A stretch of DNA of 31,428 bases. Origin: a candidate division WOR-3 bacterium. GTDB taxonomy: Bacteria; Hydrothermota; Tepidihabitantia; SM23-42; CAYGYG01. The DNA lies in contig CBFGIV010000026.1 of NCBI GenBank assembly GCA_965648915.1, positions 1 through 31,428 of the forward strand, in the 5' to 3' direction. The first letter of the stretch is position 1. Every line of letters starts with the position of its first letter. This document shows, one piece after another, positions 27,865-31,428 of the stretch. Under the pieces are notes generated by a model. It was given only the letters and a program-made list of their open reading frames with translations. It made no database searches and had not been told where the DNA came from. Position numbers and translations under genes: made by a program.

Positions 27865-29604
27865 TTAAATCCTTTCAAGTCTCATTTCTATCTGCTGGGT
27901 CCGGTAGATACTCTGATAAAGACCCCGATTCCGAATCAACTCCTGGTGAGTCCCGGATTCAACAATCTGGCCTCGATCAAGAACAATAATCCGATCCGCA
28001 TGCTGAATGGCAAAGAGCCGATGAGAGATTACTATCGTTGTCCGGCCTTTAATCTCAGCGCGCAAATTATCGACAATCTTCCGCTCGGTCTCAGCATCAA
28101 CACTGGAAAAGGCATCGTCGAGGATGAGAATTGAACGCCGGAGAATCAGTGCCCGGGCAAGGGCCAGGCGCTGCTTCTGTCCACCACTCAGCGTAATGCC
28201 CCTTTCACCGATGATTGTATCAAAACCATCTGGAAAATCTCTTATCTCATCGTAGATCTCAGCGATCCTTGTTACTCTTTCAATCTCCTCATTATCCGCC
28301 TGAGGATTACCTAAAAGAATATTCTCCCTTATCGTTTCTGAGAAGAGAAATGTATCCTGAGGCACAAAAGATATCTGGCTTCGCAGTTGATCAATGTGAT
28401 ATTCTCTAATATCTCTGCCAAGGAGGAAAATTGCTCCTTCTTCCGGCTCATAGAGTCGTAAAAGGATATGGATCAGACTCGATTTCCCTGAACCGATCGG
28501 TCCAGTGATACCGATGAACTCGCCCGGATGGATATGAAGATTGATGTTTTTGAGCGAGGGTTGGGCCTTACCCTGGTAGGTCAGACTCACATTTCGGTAT
28601 TCAATATCACCCCTGAGCATATCCAGGGGTCGGTTACCGTCTTTTATCATCGGTCTTATGGTCAGGATTCGATTTAATCTATCCTGAGAAGCTGCGCCGC
28701 GCTGAAACATATTTATTGCCCGACCGATGGCCATCATTGGCCAGACCAGCATCTGGAGATAGGCCATAAAGGCAACAAAGGAGCCAACCGATATCGCACC
28801 TGCAATAACATACTTTCCCCCAAGTATCAATACAATTACTTCACCCAGACCAGCCAGCCCCATTATTATAGGAAAGAATAATGCCCAGACCTTCCACAGT
28901 CTAAGATTTTTTACTACATATTCATTGCTGGCCGATGCGAATTTCTCGATCTCAGCCTCTTCCTGCACAAAAACTTTCACCACCCTTATCCCGGAAAGAC
29001 TCTCTCGAACCCTCTCTGTTAGATGAGAAAATGACTCCTGAACTTTCTCAAATAAGCGATGGATGAAGCGGCCAAAATAGGTTGAGGTAAAAGCAATCAA
29101 AGGAAAAGGTATGATGGCATAGAAGGTTAGTCTGGGGCTAATTAAAATCATCATTGTCAGGGCTGCAATCCCCAGGGCGAAGATATCGACCAGAATGACC
29201 AATCCGAAACCGATCGACATCCGGACCGCATTGATATCATTGACTGCATGCGCCATAAGATCACCGGTCTTATGGGTATCAAAGAAACTTATATCGAGGG
29301 TAGTAAGATGATTGTAGAAATCCTCGCGCAGTTCCTTCTCAATCTTCCGGGCTGATCCAATCAAGAGATATCGCCACCAGAAGCGGCCAAAGGCGATACC
29401 CAGGGCTATTCCCATTATCAATAAAAAATAATAAGTTAGACGGGAAGGGCCAATACTACCACTGGCCAATTCGTCAATTGCAACCTTTAAGACTCTGGGG
29501 ATAAAAAGCTGGAGCAGGTCGATTATAATCAGTGCACCAACACCGATTATGATCGACCATCGGTATTTCTTAAAATATTTAACTAAGGTCCGGAACGCAC
29601 GCAC
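27865..29604 (-). CDS. ABC exporter ATP-binding/permease subunit A (MdlA/YheI-like)
   Basis: TM domain plus GPIGSGKS, LSGGQKQ, degenerate Walker B ILDDA, SHR; typical heterodimer partner. Confidence 0.92.
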   Translation of the reverse strand: MRAFRTLVKYFKKYRWSIIIGVGALIIIDLLQLFIPRVLKVAIDELASGSIGPSRLTYYFLLIMGIALGIAFGRFWWRYLLIGSARKIEKELREDFYNHLTTLDISFFDTHKTGDLMAHAVNDINAVRMSIGFGLVILVDIFALGIAALTMMILISPRLTFYAIIPFPLIAFTSTYFGRFIHRLFEKVQESFSHLTERVRESLSGIRVVKVFVQEEAEIEKFASASNEYVVKNLRLWKVWALFFPIIMGLAGLGEVIVLILGGKYVIAGAISVGSFVAFMAYLQMLVWPMMAIGRAINMFQRGAASQDRLNRILTIRPMIKDGNRPLDMLRGDIEYRNVSLTYQGKAQPSLKNINLHIHPGEFIGITGPIGSGKSSLIHILLRLYEPEEGAIFLLGRDIREYHIDQLRSQISFVPQDTFLFSETIRENILLGNPQADNEEIERVTRIAEIYDEIRDFPDGFDTIIGERGITLSGGQKQRLALARALILRRSILILDDAFSSVDAETERKIVDNLRAEIKGRTTIVISHRLFAIQHADRIIVLDRGQIVESGTHQELIRNRGLYQSIYRTQQIEMRLERI

Positions 29605-29609
29605 AGATG

Positions 29610-29637
29610 ATTATATCCGGAAAGGTTAAATTTTCAA
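29610..29637 (-). promoter_or_regulatory. sigma70-like promoter, probably leaderless GTG transcript
   Basis: TTGAAA(29637-29632)-N16-TATAAT(29615-29610). GTG 5 nt downstream. Confidence 0.7.
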
Positions 29638-29709
29638 TAATTGAATGCAAGAGAATTCAGTCAGGCTTTATGTGATTAAGTGTTCTGCTCGGGAAGAATT
29701 ATTACATAA

Positions 29710-30840
29710 CTATACGTCAATTGTTGTTATATCTAATAATTTGTTTAATCTCTTTAATGCCCGAACATCATCACCATAAATCATAATATGGTGATTTCCA
29801 GAAGTATTATGGATAAAATTCTTTGCATCTTTAACTTTTATACTAACAGCATTGCGACAATATCCTTTCAAATCCTGACACTTTACAATCCTGCCGGTCG
29901 TTACAATCATATTTGCTAACTTTCCATCCAGCCGGCAAACTATTACTTCCTGATTGGTCTTCATCTTAACAAATGCACTCAAAATGCCCGGTGGCGGTCC
30001 CCAGTGTTGATTTCTCAAAATGTAAGGATGCGCTTTTTTATCATAGCCCGCCATCTTTGTCGGTGCAACACAATGGCTGATTTTGAGAATATTACTCTTC
30101 ACATCTACACGAATATTCCCCATAAAACTCGGTTTATTTACAAGATAGTGTAAGATAGTCATTGTAATTAAAGAACTAATATCACACTCACAGGCGGCAG
30201 GTATGCCTTCATCTCTGAGAAAAGCATATGCGACACAGGGAACAGGCAAAGGACCTTTCCAGACATTTTCTGCATAAGCGAGTGTAAGCCCCTGAGCATT
30301 TCTTTTATCTAAAAGTTCTTTGAATACAAGATATAGCCGCGCAACCTTTTCCACATCACTCTTTGATGGTTCAATTATTTTTTGGGCATTTCGTATCCAT
30401 ATATCGGCAACTTTCTTTATTCTTTCTTTATTAACTCTTTCCCAGGTGCTCATCAGTTCATCATTCTTAACCAATCCAACCGTTATTCCAAATTTTTCTC
30501 TTATTTTATTAATACCCCCAGGAATACGGCGTATCCATCTTTCCCATTGTGGTGAATCGGCATTCAAAACCAGAAGCCTTGTGTTATTTATCTTCTTTTT
30601 TGCAATTAAAACTCTCATTTGTGAATTTATATCTTCATAGTCAATAGCAACACTTATGTTCTTTTTAGCATAAACATATTCCAGGGCGTCAAGTGGTGTC
30701 CAGACACTGCCTTTTTTATTAAAGATTATAACAGGCCGATTGAATTCACTAATTTTTACTACACAATTTCCCAATCCCAGATGAGGTTTATAGAGCAAGA
30801 TAAAATCCGCTTCAACAGTATATTTCTCAAAATTAACAAT
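29710..30840 (-). pseudogene. L-fucose/L-arabinose isomerase-like protein, probably 5'-truncated by IS insertion
   Basis: PCVAYAFLRDEGIPAACECD, SFMGN, SHC, CRN, SGNHH motifs. Frame continues upstream of TTG 30798 (IVNFEKYTVEADFI) into the putative IS end, with no ATG or SD. Confidence 0.6.
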
Positions 30841-30894
30841 AGGTTGTGTCCCGATTTCCGTAGAAATTCATAATAACACAACCTTAACGCCGAT

Positions 30895-30922
30895 ATTATA
30901 ATCATTTAAGCCACCTTCTCAA
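30895..30922 (-). promoter_or_regulatory. Outward-facing promoter within IS end
   Basis: TTGAGA(30922-30917)-N16-TATAAT(30900-30895). Confidence 0.55.
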
Positions 30923-31427
30923 TCTTTTTCTTAATCACTCCAGACATATCACGCCAGCCGGGAATCTTCCTTAAAGTGATTTGACCACTGGCAATTAGAC
31001 CATAAAGTATTATTAAAAACGCACTCTCAGTTGGAAAAGGCATCTGGGTCTTTATCCGACGCCGGAATTCACCATAAATCCGTTCGATGATATTCGTACT
31101 TCTCAAACTCCGCCATTGACTCTGGGGATAGCGGAAGAAAGTCAATAGCTCATCACCCGCTTCCAAAAGACTTTTAACCATACCTTCACAACGGTTCTGC
31201 CATTGCTTAATAAAACGTTCTCGGGCGACTTTGGCCTCTTCGAAACTATCAGCATAGATAATGGCGTGATAATCTTCTCGAATCGCCTCATGCACATGCT
31301 CAGGCGCATGGGACAGAAGATTCTTAAGTTTATGCACGGTACAGCGTTGAACATCAATTTTCGGCCAGGTCGTTTCAACCGCCAAGCGGAGGCCTTGATT
31401 GCCATCAATAATGACTAATTGCGGACG
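30906..31427 (-). CDS. IS256-family (Mutator-like) DDE transposase, 5' end outside window
   Basis: Frame is open to the window edge: RPQLVIIDGNQGL...WP..VQRCTVHKLKN...FFRYP...RSTNIIERIYGEFRRR. Confidence 0.92.
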   Translation of the reverse strand, partial: RPQLVIIDGNQGLRLAVETTWPKIDVQRCTVHKLKNLLSHAPEHVHEAIREDYHAIIYADSFEEAKVARERFIKQWQNRCEGMVKSLLEAGDELLTFFRYPQSQWRSLRSTNIIERIYGEFRRRIKTQMPFPTESAFLIILYGLIASGQITLRKIPGWRDMSGVIKKKIEKVA

Positions 31428-31428
31428 A

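Larger units (their letters stand above)
30842..31428 (-). mobile_element. IS256-family insertion sequence, right part
   Basis: Transposase C-terminus plus candidate terminal repeat GGTTGTGTCCCGATTTCCGTAGAAA at ~30842-30866. Exact end is inferred. Confidence 0.8.

Noticed and set aside
34..31418. Many short overlapping or antisense ORFs in the six-frame track
   Set aside because: They overlap well-supported genes and show no recognisable motifs; treated as shadow ORFs.

Overview
Bacterial chromosomal window, mostly housekeeping and envelope genes. The C25 peptidase and FG-GAP protein with T9SS-like C-termini plus a DUF3857 pair suggest an FCB-related candidate lineage such as WOR-3 (inference). 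In order: partial AAA+ ATPase; B12-binding radical SAM; secreted gingipain-family (C25) protease; small hypothetical; prfA; Crp/Fnr regulator; a long minus-strand run (holA, coiled-coil/zinc-ribbon protein, leuS, 5'-nucleotidase fused to a ComEA HhH domain, two DUF3857/transglutaminase-like proteins, one lacking catalytic residues); fused membrane/spermidine-synthase-like gene divergent from a radical SAM plus class II aldolase pair; FG-GAP propeller protein; heterodimeric ABC exporter; and a fucose-isomerase-like gene apparently cut by an IS256-family element at the right edge. The main signals read from the DNA are: 12 sigma70-like promoters all with a 16-nt spacer; several apparently leaderless genes; two consecutive genes that appear to need CUG starts, the first overlapped by the stop of a 28-codon upstream ORF; and an outward-facing promoter in the IS end. 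No rRNA, tRNA or CRISPR array was seen. All family calls come from motif recognition by eye, without database searches.
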